A DNA stretch of 64,000 nt from an uncultured delta proteobacterium (GCA_963727485.1 CAVSGM010000003.1:96001-160000), one strand, 5' to 3'. Shown: positions 1-9,496, counted from the stretch's first letter. The notes: generated by a model not told the origin, from the sequence alone. Program-made: numbers and translations.

Positions 1-264
1 GACGGTGCCGTTGACCATCTCGGTGCCGAAGCGCTCGGCCTGCTTGCGGAAGAGCTCCATGAGGTCCGGGCCCATCACCCCCTCGGGGAACCCGGGGTAG
101 TTCTCCACGTCGGTGGTGATGGTGAGCTGGCCGCCGGGCTGGATGCCGTCGACCAGGATGGGCTCGAGGTTGGCGCGGGCGGCATAGACCGCGGCGGTGT
201 AGCCGGCGGGACCGGAGCCGATGATGGCGACCTTCCGGACGCCGTCCTTCGGAGTGCTGGACAT
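1..264 (-). CDS. trxB: thioredoxin-disulfide reductase, 5' part (runs off the window start)
   Basis: Manual translation gives [62 protein letters not shown], the classic TrxB N-terminus; GGGAG RBS upstream. Confidence 0.95.
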   Translation of the reverse strand, partial: MSSTPKDGVRKVAIIGSGPAGYTAAVYAARANLEPILVDGIQPGGQLTITTDVENYPGFPEGVMGPDLMELFRKQAERFGTEMVNGTV

Positions 265-360
265 GAGGATCTGCTCCCAGAATGCGGGGGGTTGTCGGTT
301 TGGCCCCCTGGGATATCACACCGGAGGCCGTGTTATAGTCCGGTATAAGCCCCCGAACGG

Positions 361-823
361 ATGGACGCCTCCGCCCTCAAGCAGATCGAGCTCTTCAACG
401 GGCTCACCCACCGCCACCTCGAGGCGTTGGCGTCGATCACCGAAGATCGCACCCACGACGCCGGCACCCGGCTCTTCGCCGAGGGGGACGCCGGAGACGA
501 GCTGTTCATGGTCCTCAAGGGCAAGGTCCGGATCTCCAAGATTGTCGAGGGGGTGGGCGAGGAGGCCCTGGCCATCCTCGAGCCCGGCGCCTACTTCGGC
601 GAGATGGCCCTGGTCAGTGATCTCCCCCGGTCCGCCCACGCCACCTGCAACACCCCGGTGGAGGTGGGCGTCATCCGCCGGGAGGCCTTCGAGCAGCTCC
701 TCTTCCTCGACAAGGATTCTCGCCTACGAGCTGCTCTGGACCTTCGTGCGCACGCTGTCCCGGCGGCTGGCCGAGACCAACGACAAGATCAAGGCGTTCT
801 TCGCCATGTCGAGCCGCTTCTAA
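361..823 (+). CDS. stand-alone cyclic nucleotide-binding domain protein (apparent +1 frameshift at 717-718)
   Basis: LFAEGDAGDELFMVLKGKV...GAYFGEMAL...PRSA cNMP motifs; removing one T from GATTC (715-719) joins FLDKD to LAYELLWTFVRTLSRRL, giving about 153 aa. Confidence 0.85.
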
Positions 824-917
824 GGAGGGGCCCCCGGGCCCCCCACAGGTAAGGTCGGACCACGGGAGCCCAAACGGGCCTTCCAGGTAGACTCCGCCAC
901 CCCGCAAGGCCTGCATC

Positions 918-3122
918 ATGACGTTCCAGCTCGTCCTCGCCGTGGTCCTCCTGCTCGTCGTCGCCGGTGCCGGCGTCGCCGTGATGGCCTCACTGCGCAA
1001 GAAGCGCGAGGCCAAGGATACCGCTGCCTTCCACGCCTCCCGGGAGCGTGAGCTCCACATCCCGGTGTCGCTCCACCCGGTCATCGACCCGGACATCTGC
1101 ATCGGGAGTCTCGCCTGCATCCGGGCCTGCCCCGAGGGTGACATCCTGGGCATCGTGGAGGGGACGGCGCGGCTCATCGAGGGAGCCAAGTGCATCGGCC
1201 ACGGGCGCTGCGCCGAGGAGTGCCCGGTGGACGCCATCAAGCTGGTCTTCGGCTCCGGCGAGCGCGGGGTCGACCTCCCCAGCCTCGCCGCCGGCTTCGA
1301 GACCAGCCGCCCCGGGGTCCACATCGTGGGCGAGCTCGGGGGCATGGGGCTCATCAAGAACGCCATCGCCCAGGGGGTGCAGGTCGTCGACCACCTGGCC
1401 AAGACCGTCGCCAACCCCGGCAACGGGGCCACCGACGTGGCCATCGTCGGCGCCGGGCCCGCCGGGCTCGCCGCCGCCGCCGCCTGCCGCACCCACGGCC
1501 TCTCCTTCCGCCTCCTGGAGCAGCACACCCTCGGCGGCGCCGTGGCCCACTACCCGCGCCAGAAGCTGGTGATGACCGAGTCGGTGGAGGTCCCCGGCTA
1601 CGGGCGCATCGGCAAGAAGACCCTCCGCAAGGAGGAGATCCTCGAGACCTTCCAGGACCTGGCCACCACCACCGGGGTGACGGTCGAGGAGGGGGTGAAG
1701 GTCGAGTCCCTCGAGGGCGACCTCGACCGCTTCGTCCTCCACACCACCCAGGGCACCGTGCAGGCCCGGCGGGTGGTGCTGGCGGTGGGCCGCCGGGGCA
1801 CCCCGCGCAAGCTGGGCGTCCCCGGCGAGGAGCTCGACAAGGTCACCTACGGCCTCATCGACCCCGACCAGTACGAAGGCAAGCGGGTGATGGTCATCGG
1901 CGGTGGCGACAGCGCCATCGAGGCGGCGGTGATGCTCGCCGAGGACACCGGGGCCGAGGTCTCAATCTCCTACCGCGGCCCCGCCTTCGCCCGCTGCCGC
2001 CCCGCCAACCGGGAGGCCATCGAGCGGATGGTGGACGCGGGGCGGATCCACGCCTTCATGAGCTCCAACGTGCGGGCCATCGAGGACGACGCCGTCCTCA
2101 TCGACGTCGGCGGGCGCCAGGCCTGGCTCGCCAACGAGTACGTCATCGTCAACATCGGGGGCGAGCTCCCCTTCGCGTTCCTGGAGAACGTGGGCGTCGA
2201 GGTCAAGCGCCACCACGGCGAGGACCGGGGCTTCAAGCCCGGGGTCGACTTCGACCAGGAGGAGAAGGCCAGCCGCCGGCTCAACCTCAGCCTCTTCGGC
2301 GTCGGCGCGGCGATCATCGCCTTCCTCGCCATCGTCGGCTGGAGCTACTACCTCATCCCCGTCGACCTGCGGCCCAACTCGCCCCTGGACGCGGCCCTCA
2401 AGCCGTCGGGGTGGTGGGGGCACGGCGTGGGCATCGTGGCCACCGGGTTCATGATGCTCAACTTCCTCTACGCGGGCCGCAAGCGCCTCAAGTTCCTGAA
2501 CCGGGGGAAGCTGCGCAACTGGCTCTCCTTCCACATGTTCGTGGGGTTCATGGCGCCCCTGGTCATCGTGTTCCACGCCGCCTTCCAGTCCCGGAACCTG
2601 CTGGCGACGGTGACCGCGGTGTCGCTGGGGATCGTGGTCGCCACCGGCATCATCGGCCGCTTCCTCTTCGGCCTGGTGCCCACCAGCAAGGGCAAGGCGG
2701 TGGAGCTCGCCACCCTGCGCAGCCGCTGGGAGCGCCACCGCTCGCGGATCACCAACCTGATGGCGGCCTCGGCCTCGCGCCTCGAGGCGCGCAAGCTTCT
2801 GGCCTGGGCCACCACCGAGCTCCCCGACGACGTCACCCTCACCCGCCACCTGCTGGAGATGCCCGGGGAGCTGACCCGGGCCTGGAAGGGCCTGAACGCC
2901 GCGAGGCCGCTGTTCGGCGAGGCCGAGCACTTCAAGGACTTCCGCAACGGCTACCTGCGCCTCCTGCTGATGCGGACCCAGGTGGGCTTCTACAAGAGCC
3001 TCAAGCGCCTGATGGGGGTGTGGCGGATTCTCCACGTGGCCCTGGCCGTCCTCATGGTATTCGTCATCGCCGCCCACATCGGCGTGTCCCTCTACATCGG
3101 CTACACGTGGATCTTCCACTGA
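918..3122 (+). CDS. membrane-anchored ferredoxin + TrxR-like FAD/NAD(P)H oxidoreductase + di-heme b transmembrane fusion protein
   Basis: N-terminal TM helix followed by RKKR; CIGSLACIRACP and CIGHGRCAEECP; GAGPAG, GGGDSA and SYR motifs; C-terminal TM helices with two H-x13-H pairs (FHMFVGFMAPLVIVFH, LHVALAVLMVFVIAAH). Confidence 0.85.
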   Translation: MTFQLVLAVVLLLVVAGAGVAVMASLRKKREAKDTAAFHASRERELHIPVSLHPVIDPDICIGSLACIRACPEGDILGIVEGTARLIEGAKCIGHGRCAEECPVDAIKLVFGSGERGVDLPSLAAGFETSRPGVHIVGELGGMGLIKNAIAQGVQVVDHLAKTVANPGNGATDVAIVGAGPAGLAAAAACRTHGLSFRLLEQHTLGGAVAHYPRQKLVMTESVEVPGYGRIGKKTLRKEEILETFQDLATTTGVTVEEGVKVESLEGDLDRFVLHTTQGTVQARRVVLAVGRRGTPRKLGVPGEELDKVTYGLIDPDQYEGKRVMVIGGGDSAIEAAVMLAEDTGAEVSISYRGPAFARCRPANREAIERMVDAGRIHAFMSSNVRAIEDDAVLIDVGGRQAWLANEYVIVNIGGELPFAFLENVGVEVKRHHGEDRGFKPGVDFDQEEKASRRLNLSLFGVGAAIIAFLAIVGWSYYLIPVDLRPNSPLDAALKPSGWWGHGVGIVATGFMMLNFLYAGRKRLKFLNRGKLRNWLSFHMFVGFMAPLVIVFHAAFQSRNLLATVTAVSLGIVVATGIIGRFLFGLVPTSKGKAVELATLRSRWERHRSRITNLMAASASRLEARKLLAWATTELPDDVTLTRHLLEMPGELTRAWKGLNAARPLFGEAEHFKDFRNGYLRLLLMRTQVGFYKSLKRLMGVWRILHVALAVLMVFVIAAHIGVSLYIGYTWIFH

Positions 3123-5662
3123 CCCCAAGGGCCACCCGCCTGCTGGCGGGCGCGGCGGCGGTCCTCTGCCTCTGGGCGACGCCCGGCGTGGCGCGGGCGC
3201 AGATCCTCTCCCCGGGGAAGCTGGCCGAGGTCCACAAGCACCTCGAGGGGCTCACCAACTGCACCAAGTGCCACGGCGGCGGGTCGGCGGTCTCCGAGCC
3301 CCGGTGCCTCGCCTGCCACACCCTGGTGCGCAGCCGGGTGAAGGCCGGCAAGGGCCTCCACGGGCGGCTCTCCACCAAGCAGCTCGCCTGCGAGAAGTGC
3401 CACACCGACCACCGGGGCCGGGACGCCAACATCATCAAGTGGGGCGCCGGGGGCGAGAACGGCTTCGACCACGCGCGCGCCGGGTGGCCGCTCACCGGGG
3501 GCCACAAGAAGGTCGACTGCAAGCAGTGCCACACCCGAAGGCTCATCGTGCAGCTCGACGTGAAGCAGTACCTGGCCAAGCACCCCAGGATGCACACCTG
3601 GCTGGGGCTCTCCCAGCGCTGCGCCAGCTGCCACTTCGACGAGCACCGGGGCCAGGAGTCCACCAACTGCGCGCTGTGCCACGACACCAAGAAGTGGATC
3701 CCGGCGCCGCTGTTCAACCATGACAAGACCGCCTACAAGCTCCGGGGCAAGCACCGCCGCGTGGCCTGCGTGAAGTGCCACGCCCGGAAGGCCGACACCA
3801 CCACCCCCGCCGACGCCTTCCCCAAGCCGGTGAAGCAGGACTACGAGGTCTTCAAGCCCGTCAAGCACGCCCGGTGCCTCGACTGCCACGCCGACCCCCA
3901 CAAGGGGAAGTTCGGGCTGAACTGCGAGGGCTGCCACACGGTCAACGGGTGGAAGATCATGAAGGCGAGCGTCAACAAGATCGCCTTCCACCAGAAGACC
4001 CGGTTCCCCCTCGTCGGCGCCCACCTCACCGTGAGCTGCCGCGCCTGCCACGGGCCCTTCCCCGGGCAGAAGGCCGTCTTCCGGGGGCTGCCGTTCAAGC
4101 GCTGCACCGACTGCCACGCCGACGCCCACCAGGGGCAGACCGGCAAGCTCGACTGCGACGCCTGCCACACCCTCTCCAGCTTCTCCCCGGCGAAGTTCAG
4201 CATCGCCGACCACGCCAAGAAGACCGACTACCCGCTGGAGGGCGCCCACGCGGCGGTGGCCTGCAACCTCTGCCACACCCCGAACCGGCGCCTGCTGCGC
4301 CAGGTGAGCTGGCGGGTCAAGCGCAAGCTCAAGCGGGAGCGGCGGCCGCTCCTGGTCAGCGACATGCGCCTCTCGATCCCCAAGCGGGATCGCAAGTGCC
4401 TCTCGTGCCACCTCAACCCCCACGGCCACCAGCTCGACGACGCCATCCGCAAGCACGGGTGCATCGAGTGCCACGTGGTCAAGGACTGGCACGACGTCAG
4501 CCGCTTCGACCACGACACCGAGAGCCGCTTCCCCTTGAACGGCGGCCACGCCAAGGTGGCCTGCGGCAAGTGCCACTTCCAGAAGGTGAAGATCGCCGGC
4601 AAGCTTCAGATCCTCTACCGGCCCCTGTCGATGGAGTGCGAGAGCTGCCACACCGACGTCCACCTGGGGCAGTTCCAGGGCACCGCCAAGAGCCGCTGCG
4701 TCGACTGCCACACGGTGAAGACCTGGAAGGTGACCAGGTTCGTCCACCGGCCGCCGTTCACCCGGTACACCCTCACGGGAGCCCACGCGAAGCTCAAGTG
4801 CGCCGCCTGCCACGTGCCCATCCGGGTCGACGGCCACCAGGCGGTGCGCTACCGCCCCCTGCCCTCGAAGTGCGAGGGGTGCCACGCCGACTTCCACCAC
4901 GGGGCCTTCGCGAGCCTGAAGATGAAGGGCGTGAAGCAGGGCGCCGGCTGCGCCGCCTGCCACACGGTCAAGAGCTGGTCCGACGCCACCTTCGACCACG
5001 ACCCCACCGGCTTCCCCCTCGAGGGCGCGCACCGGACGGCGAGCTGCTGGGGCTGCCACATGAAGGACCTCTCGGCGCCGATCCCCAAGACCTGCAGCGG
5101 CTGCCACAAGGATCCCCACGCCGGCCAGCTCGGCACCCAGTGCGACACCTGCCACGACGAGTCCACCTGGAAGTCGAGCTTCGGGCCGGTGCAGCACGCG
5201 CGCACCGGCTTCCCCCTCACCGGGCGCCACGCGACCATCCCCTGCCAGGAGTGCCACTTCGAGGCGCGCAACCAGACCTTCAGCCGGGTCAGCCCCAGCT
5301 GCTACGGCTGCCACCGCGCCGACTTCAACCGGGCCGCCACCGTCTCCATCGACCACGTGAAGGCGGGCTTCTCCCACGACTGCGCCCAGTGCCACTCCAC
5401 CTGGGCCTGGACCCCGGCGGCGTTCCCCGGCCACGACACCTGCTTCCTCATCAGCGGCGGGCCCCACGACCGGATCACCTGCCGGGGCTGCCACACCTCC
5501 CTGACCGGGGCGACCATCACCGGGGCCTGCAACTCGGGCACCTACACCTGCGTGCGCTGCCACGCCCACGACAAGACGCGGTCCGATGCGCAGCACCAGA
5601 ACGTCCCCGGCTACCAGTACAAGGACCAGAAGTGCTACGAGTGCCACAAGTTCGCGGGGTAG
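3119..5662 (+). CDS. secreted 30-heme cytochrome c built from triheme repeats (start uncertain: CTG 3119 or GTG 3107)
   Basis: 30 CxxCH motifs counted by hand; signal peptide ending VARA-Q; repeated H..FPLxGxH..CxxCH units; the upstream part of ORF 1190..5662 is only a shadow frame. Confidence 0.9.
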   Translation: MTPRATRLLAGAAAVLCLWATPGVARAQILSPGKLAEVHKHLEGLTNCTKCHGGGSAVSEPRCLACHTLVRSRVKAGKGLHGRLSTKQLACEKCHTDHRGRDANIIKWGAGGENGFDHARAGWPLTGGHKKVDCKQCHTRRLIVQLDVKQYLAKHPRMHTWLGLSQRCASCHFDEHRGQESTNCALCHDTKKWIPAPLFNHDKTAYKLRGKHRRVACVKCHARKADTTTPADAFPKPVKQDYEVFKPVKHARCLDCHADPHKGKFGLNCEGCHTVNGWKIMKASVNKIAFHQKTRFPLVGAHLTVSCRACHGPFPGQKAVFRGLPFKRCTDCHADAHQGQTGKLDCDACHTLSSFSPAKFSIADHAKKTDYPLEGAHAAVACNLCHTPNRRLLRQVSWRVKRKLKRERRPLLVSDMRLSIPKRDRKCLSCHLNPHGHQLDDAIRKHGCIECHVVKDWHDVSRFDHDTESRFPLNGGHAKVACGKCHFQKVKIAGKLQILYRPLSMECESCHTDVHLGQFQGTAKSRCVDCHTVKTWKVTRFVHRPPFTRYTLTGAHAKLKCAACHVPIRVDGHQAVRYRPLPSKCEGCHADFHHGAFASLKMKGVKQGAGCAACHTVKSWSDATFDHDPTGFPLEGAHRTASCWGCHMKDLSAPIPKTCSGCHKDPHAGQLGTQCDTCHDESTWKSSFGPVQHARTGFPLTGRHATIPCQECHFEARNQTFSRVSPSCYGCHRADFNRAATVSIDHVKAGFSHDCAQCHSTWAWTPAAFPGHDTCFLISGGPHDRITCRGCHTSLTGATITGACNSGTYTCVRCHAHDKTRSDAQHQNVPGYQYKDQKCYECHKFAG

Positions 5663-5741
5663 GCGTCTTGACCACACGCGTCCTTACAACGGCGCCGGAT
5701 CGGCTGACGGACGGCGGCGCAACCAGGGATAATCACGCCTG

Positions 5742-6575
5742 ATGCGTCGCCTCGCCCCACGCGTCCTGGTGCTCGCCTGCGCCGGGGTCCTCCTCGCCGC
5801 CGCCGCCTGCGGTGACGCCGGGGACAACCGCCACACCAACCACTGGCTCACGGCCCTGACGCCGTCGGACCACGCGACCTGGTTCCCCATCGACTCCGGT
5901 GCCCACAAGGGGATGGACTGCAACCTCTGCCACGGCAGCTTCGACAGCTTCAAGGGCTTCAGCTGCACCGGGTGCCACGCCCACGACCAGTCGGTCACCG
6001 ACCCCCTCCACAGCGGGGTCCCCGGCTACAGCTACGGGCCCACCACCTGCTACATGTGCCACAAGAACGGCACGGTGCGCTTCGACCTCGCCCAGCACCA
6101 GAAGGCCTTCCCCATCGGGGACGGCACGCCCCATGCCACCGAGGCCTGCAGCGACTGCCACAGCGACTCCAGCCGCCTCGGCGAGGTGGCCTTCGTCACC
6201 TGCGGCAGCTGCCACGCCCACAGCCAGGCCAAAACCGATCCCTTCCACAACCAGCCCAAGGACGGGGGCGCCCCGGTGGGCCAGATCTACGCCTGGGGCG
6301 TGAACACCTGCATCCAGTGCCACCTCGACGGGCGCATGCTCCTGCGCGCCGACCACACCCCGCAGGCGACCTACAACGGCAACAACGTCGCCATGGGACC
6401 GCACCTCCAGGGCGCCATGTGCGCCGACTGCCACCTCACGCGAGACTTCAAGACCTTCACCTGTGGCCCCTGCCACGACCCCGGGGGCTTCGCCGCGGAG
6501 AAGACCGCGGCCTGCGACACCGCCAAGGGCTCAGCGTGCACCGATCTCGAGAAGTACAACTACTTCTACAAGTGA
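5742..6575 (+). CDS. octaheme cytochrome c lipoprotein
   Basis: Lipobox LAAAA-C; eight CxxCH motifs (CNLCH, CTGCH, CYMCH, CSDCH, CGSCH, CIQCH, CADCH, CGPCH). Confidence 0.9.
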   Translation: MRRLAPRVLVLACAGVLLAAAACGDAGDNRHTNHWLTALTPSDHATWFPIDSGAHKGMDCNLCHGSFDSFKGFSCTGCHAHDQSVTDPLHSGVPGYSYGPTTCYMCHKNGTVRFDLAQHQKAFPIGDGTPHATEACSDCHSDSSRLGEVAFVTCGSCHAHSQAKTDPFHNQPKDGGAPVGQIYAWGVNTCIQCHLDGRMLLRADHTPQATYNGNNVAMGPHLQGAMCADCHLTRDFKTFTCGPCHDPGGFAAEKTAACDTAKGSACTDLEKYNYFYK

Positions 6576-8174
6576 CACCGGTGCGGGCGCTGGGCCTCTG
6601 CGTGATCCTCGGGTTGATGGTGACGGGTCACCCGGCTCATGCCGGACGGGGCCGGGTCACCTACGCCACCGAGCACTGGGCGTTCCTCGACCAGGGGCGC
6701 GCCGACGGCCTGGTCGACGGGCGGCGGGTGGCGCTGGTCCGCCACGGCCATCGGGTGGGACGGTGCCGGGTCGAGCACGTGGCCGAGCACCACGCCGCCT
6801 GCGCCATGCGCGGGGCCCGGTCCGGAGATCTGGCGGTGTTCCGGGGGCGGGCGCCCCGGCCCCAGCGGGAGGCGCTGGGCAAGCCCCCGGCGCCGGTGTC
6901 CCGGGCGGTGGCCCGGCACTTCGCGCGGCTGCGCATCGCCCGGGTGCCCTTCCGGGGGACCTTTGGCGCCGGGAACCTCACGGGGATGGCCCTCGCCGTG
7001 GACGTCCAGCACCAGAGCTGGGTGGGGCTGGCGGCCACCGCCACCCGCTACCACCGCGAGTCGGTGGAGATCTCGCTTGCGGGGATCCCCATCTGGAACG
7101 GGTTCACCGCCTCCGCCGACGCCACGGTGGCCTGGTGGCCCGACCGCCCCAGCAACACCCGCTACCGCCCCGACACCCCGCTCCAGCTCTTCGTGTGGCA
7201 GACCGCGGTGACCCGCCGGGCCCCCGGCGGCCTGACCCTCTCCGCCGGGCGCTTCGTGCCCTGGCACACCCCGGGGCTCACGCTGCTCGACGGGGTGCAG
7301 GCCGGGTGGGCGCCCGCGTCGGGGACCGCCGAGGTGGGCCTCTACGCCGGGACGCTGCCGGACATCATGACCCTGGCTCCGTCCACCAGCCAGTGGACCA
7401 CCGGCGCCTACTTCTCCCAGCGGCTCGGGACCAACCAGGCCTTCCGCTTCAGCTACGAGGGCCGCCTCGCCTTCACCCACTACGCCAACGACCCGGCCCG
7501 GGTGGAGACCGAGGTGGTCACCTCCACGGACATCGGCTCGGCGGTCTCCGCGGACCTCGACCTGCGCCTGGCCCTGGTGGGCCAGACCCAGCCGGCGCCG
7601 GGGGTGGACGCCTTCCGGGGGTCGGTGACGGTGCGGCCGGCCGACGGGATCTCGGTGCGCGCCGGGTACCGGTACCTCTCGCCGTTTGCCGCCGACGCCG
7701 ACGCCCTCTTCGCCTGGAACGTCCCCGGGAGCCGGCACCTGTCGGCCTCGGTCTCCTGGGCCCTGTCCCCGGACCTGACCCTGGGGGTCGACGGCGACGG
7801 CGCCTGGATCCTCGACCAGGTGAGCACCACCCGCGCCGACATCGGGCCCTCCGTGGACTTCCCCCACCTCTTCGGGGAGCACGGCGGGGTCTCCCTGGGC
7901 GTGCGCGAGGGCTTCGGGTGGACCGGCGGGCCGGTGGCCTGGGCCCAGGCGATTCTGGTCGCCCCACCGGGGCTTCCACCTGATGCTCCGCGGCGACTAC
8001 ATGTCCACCACCTTCGTGGGGCGCGTGGGCGATCGGCTCCAGGAGGGCGGGCTCTACGGGAGCGTGGACTTCGACCTCACCCGGACCCTCTCGGCGCGGC
8101 TCGCCCTGGGCGGGCGCGGGGGGTTCGGGACCGGGGCGATCACCGCGAACGCCGGGATCACCGGGCGCTTCTAG
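6572..8174 (+). CDS. probable outer-membrane beta-barrel protein (apparent +1 frameshift at 7951-7955)
   Basis: GTGA overlap with the upstream stop; signal peptide ending AHA; many amphipathic beta-strands; GATTC->GATC joins WAQAI to WSPHRGFHLMLRGDY and ends ANAGITGRF (terminal Phe, BAM-type signal). Confidence 0.75.
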
Positions 8175-8207
8175 GGCCGGCGGCTCGCCCTGGGCGGCGG
8201 GCGGCGC

Positions 8208-8235
8208 GGCGGTCCGGCGGTCCGGCGGTCCGGCG
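8208..8235 (+). repeat. short tandem repeat (GGCGGTCC)x3
   Basis: Directly visible in the intergenic region after the barrel gene. Confidence 0.7.
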
Positions 8236-8338
8236 TTCGCACGGGTGGTCCGCGGGCCGGTCGCGTCGCCGGGGCCGGGGGCGTCGCGGCGGGCCGGGGG
8301 CGCTGGGCGGGGCCGCGGATCCCGCCGGGCGGCGGGCG

Positions 8339-8354
8339 TGGCATGGGCGCTGCA
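8339..8354 (+). promoter_or_regulatory. putative sigma54 (-24/-12) promoter of radC
   Basis: TGGCATGGGCGCTGCA, GG-N10-GC spacing, just upstream of the ATG at 8371. Confidence 0.55.
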
Positions 8355-8370
8355 CTGCGCCCCGTCCGTG

Positions 8371-9054
8371 ATGAGACCCCTGCCGCTGGTCGACGACCGG
8401 CCCCGGGAGCGCCTGGCGGCGCTCGGGGCCGAAGCCCTCTCCGATCGTGAGCTCCTGGCCCTGGTGCTCGGCGCCGGCGGGGGCGCCGGAGGGCCCGCGG
8501 TGGCGGCCTCGGCGCTCCTGCGGCGCTTCGGCGACCTCCACGGGGTGGAGCGGGCCCGGCCCTCGGAGCTGATGCGGGTCCCGGGCCTCGGCGCCGCCCG
8601 CACCGCGGCGCTGCGGGCGGCCCTGGCCCTCGGCCGGCGGGTGGTCGCCGCCGAGCGGCCCCGGGGCGAGCCGGTGAAGAGCGCCGCCGACGTCCACGCC
8701 CGCCTCTCGCCGGTGCTGCGCCACCACGACCGCGAGGTCTTCGTGGTGGTCCTCCTCGACGTCCGCCACCGGCTCCTGGCCGAGGTCCGGGTCGCCGAGG
8801 GCGGACTCACCGCCTGCGCCATCCATCCGCGCGAGGTCTTCGAGCCGGCGCTCCGGGAGCGGGCGGCGGCGGTGATCTTCGTCCACAACCACCCCAGCGG
8901 CGATCCCACGCCCTCCCACGAGGACCTGGCCCTCACCGCGCGGCTGGTGATCGCCGCCGAGGCCCTCGGGGTCAGGGCCCTCGACCACGTGGTCATCGGC
9001 GACGGGCGCTTCGTCTCCATGGCCGACCGGGGGCTGATGGGGCGCCCGGCTTGA
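8371..9054 (+). CDS. radC: RadC family JAB-domain protein
   Basis: DRPRERL..GAEALSDRELLA N-terminus, HhH motif, HPREVF, HNHPSGDPTPSHED, LDHVVIG. Confidence 0.93.
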   Translation: MRPLPLVDDRPRERLAALGAEALSDRELLALVLGAGGGAGGPAVAASALLRRFGDLHGVERARPSELMRVPGLGAARTAALRAALALGRRVVAAERPRGEPVKSAADVHARLSPVLRHHDREVFVVVLLDVRHRLLAEVRVAEGGLTACAIHPREVFEPALRERAAAVIFVHNHPSGDPTPSHEDLALTARLVIAAEALGVRALDHVVIGDGRFVSMADRGLMGRPA

Positions 9055-9077
9055 GGCGCCGCCGCAAAGGAGCCCGC

Positions 9078-9443
9078 ATGTCCCGACTCGCCGTCCCCCT
9101 CGCCGGCGCCGCGCTCGCCGCCTGCAGCCCGCCCGCCCCCGCGACGTCCTCGCGGCCCCCGGCCCCCTCCGCGCGCCGGGCCGGTCCCGCAGGCGCCCCC
9201 GCGCGGCCGCTGGCCAGAACCTGCCCCGCCGACGGCGAGGTCGATCGCATCGAGGGGCCGTACGCGGTGGTGGTCGAGCCCGGGGGCGACGTGGTCGACT
9301 GCCCCGCCGGCGGCCTCCACGAGGGCGACGTCCTCCGGGGCGGCCGGGTGGACCCTGGGGCCACCGCGCGCCTCGCCGCCGACGTCGCGCGCCTCCGCGC
9401 CCGCCTCGGCGCCGGCGACGACGGGGCGGACCTGAACCTGTGA
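9078..9443 (+). CDS. small lipoprotein with DUF3006-like domain
   Basis: AAGGAG RBS; lipobox LAAC; VDRIEGPYAVV...LHEGDVL...DPGATARL resembles the DUF3006 pattern. Confidence 0.6.
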   Translation: MSRLAVPLAGAALAACSPPAPATSSRPPAPSARRAGPAGAPARPLARTCPADGEVDRIEGPYAVVVEPGGDVVDCPAGGLHEGDVLRGGRVDPGATARLAADVARLRARLGAGDDGADLNL

Positions 9444-9496
9444 TCCCGGGGGCCGCATTTCCCTCGCGCGCCATGCCGGGTACAACACCCGGGGCC

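Noticed and set aside
1190..3106. N-terminal 640 aa of the 1490-aa ORF 1190..5662
   Set aside because: Arg/Pro/Gly-rich shadow frame over the real 918..3122 gene; the cytochrome starts at its signal peptide near 3107-3119
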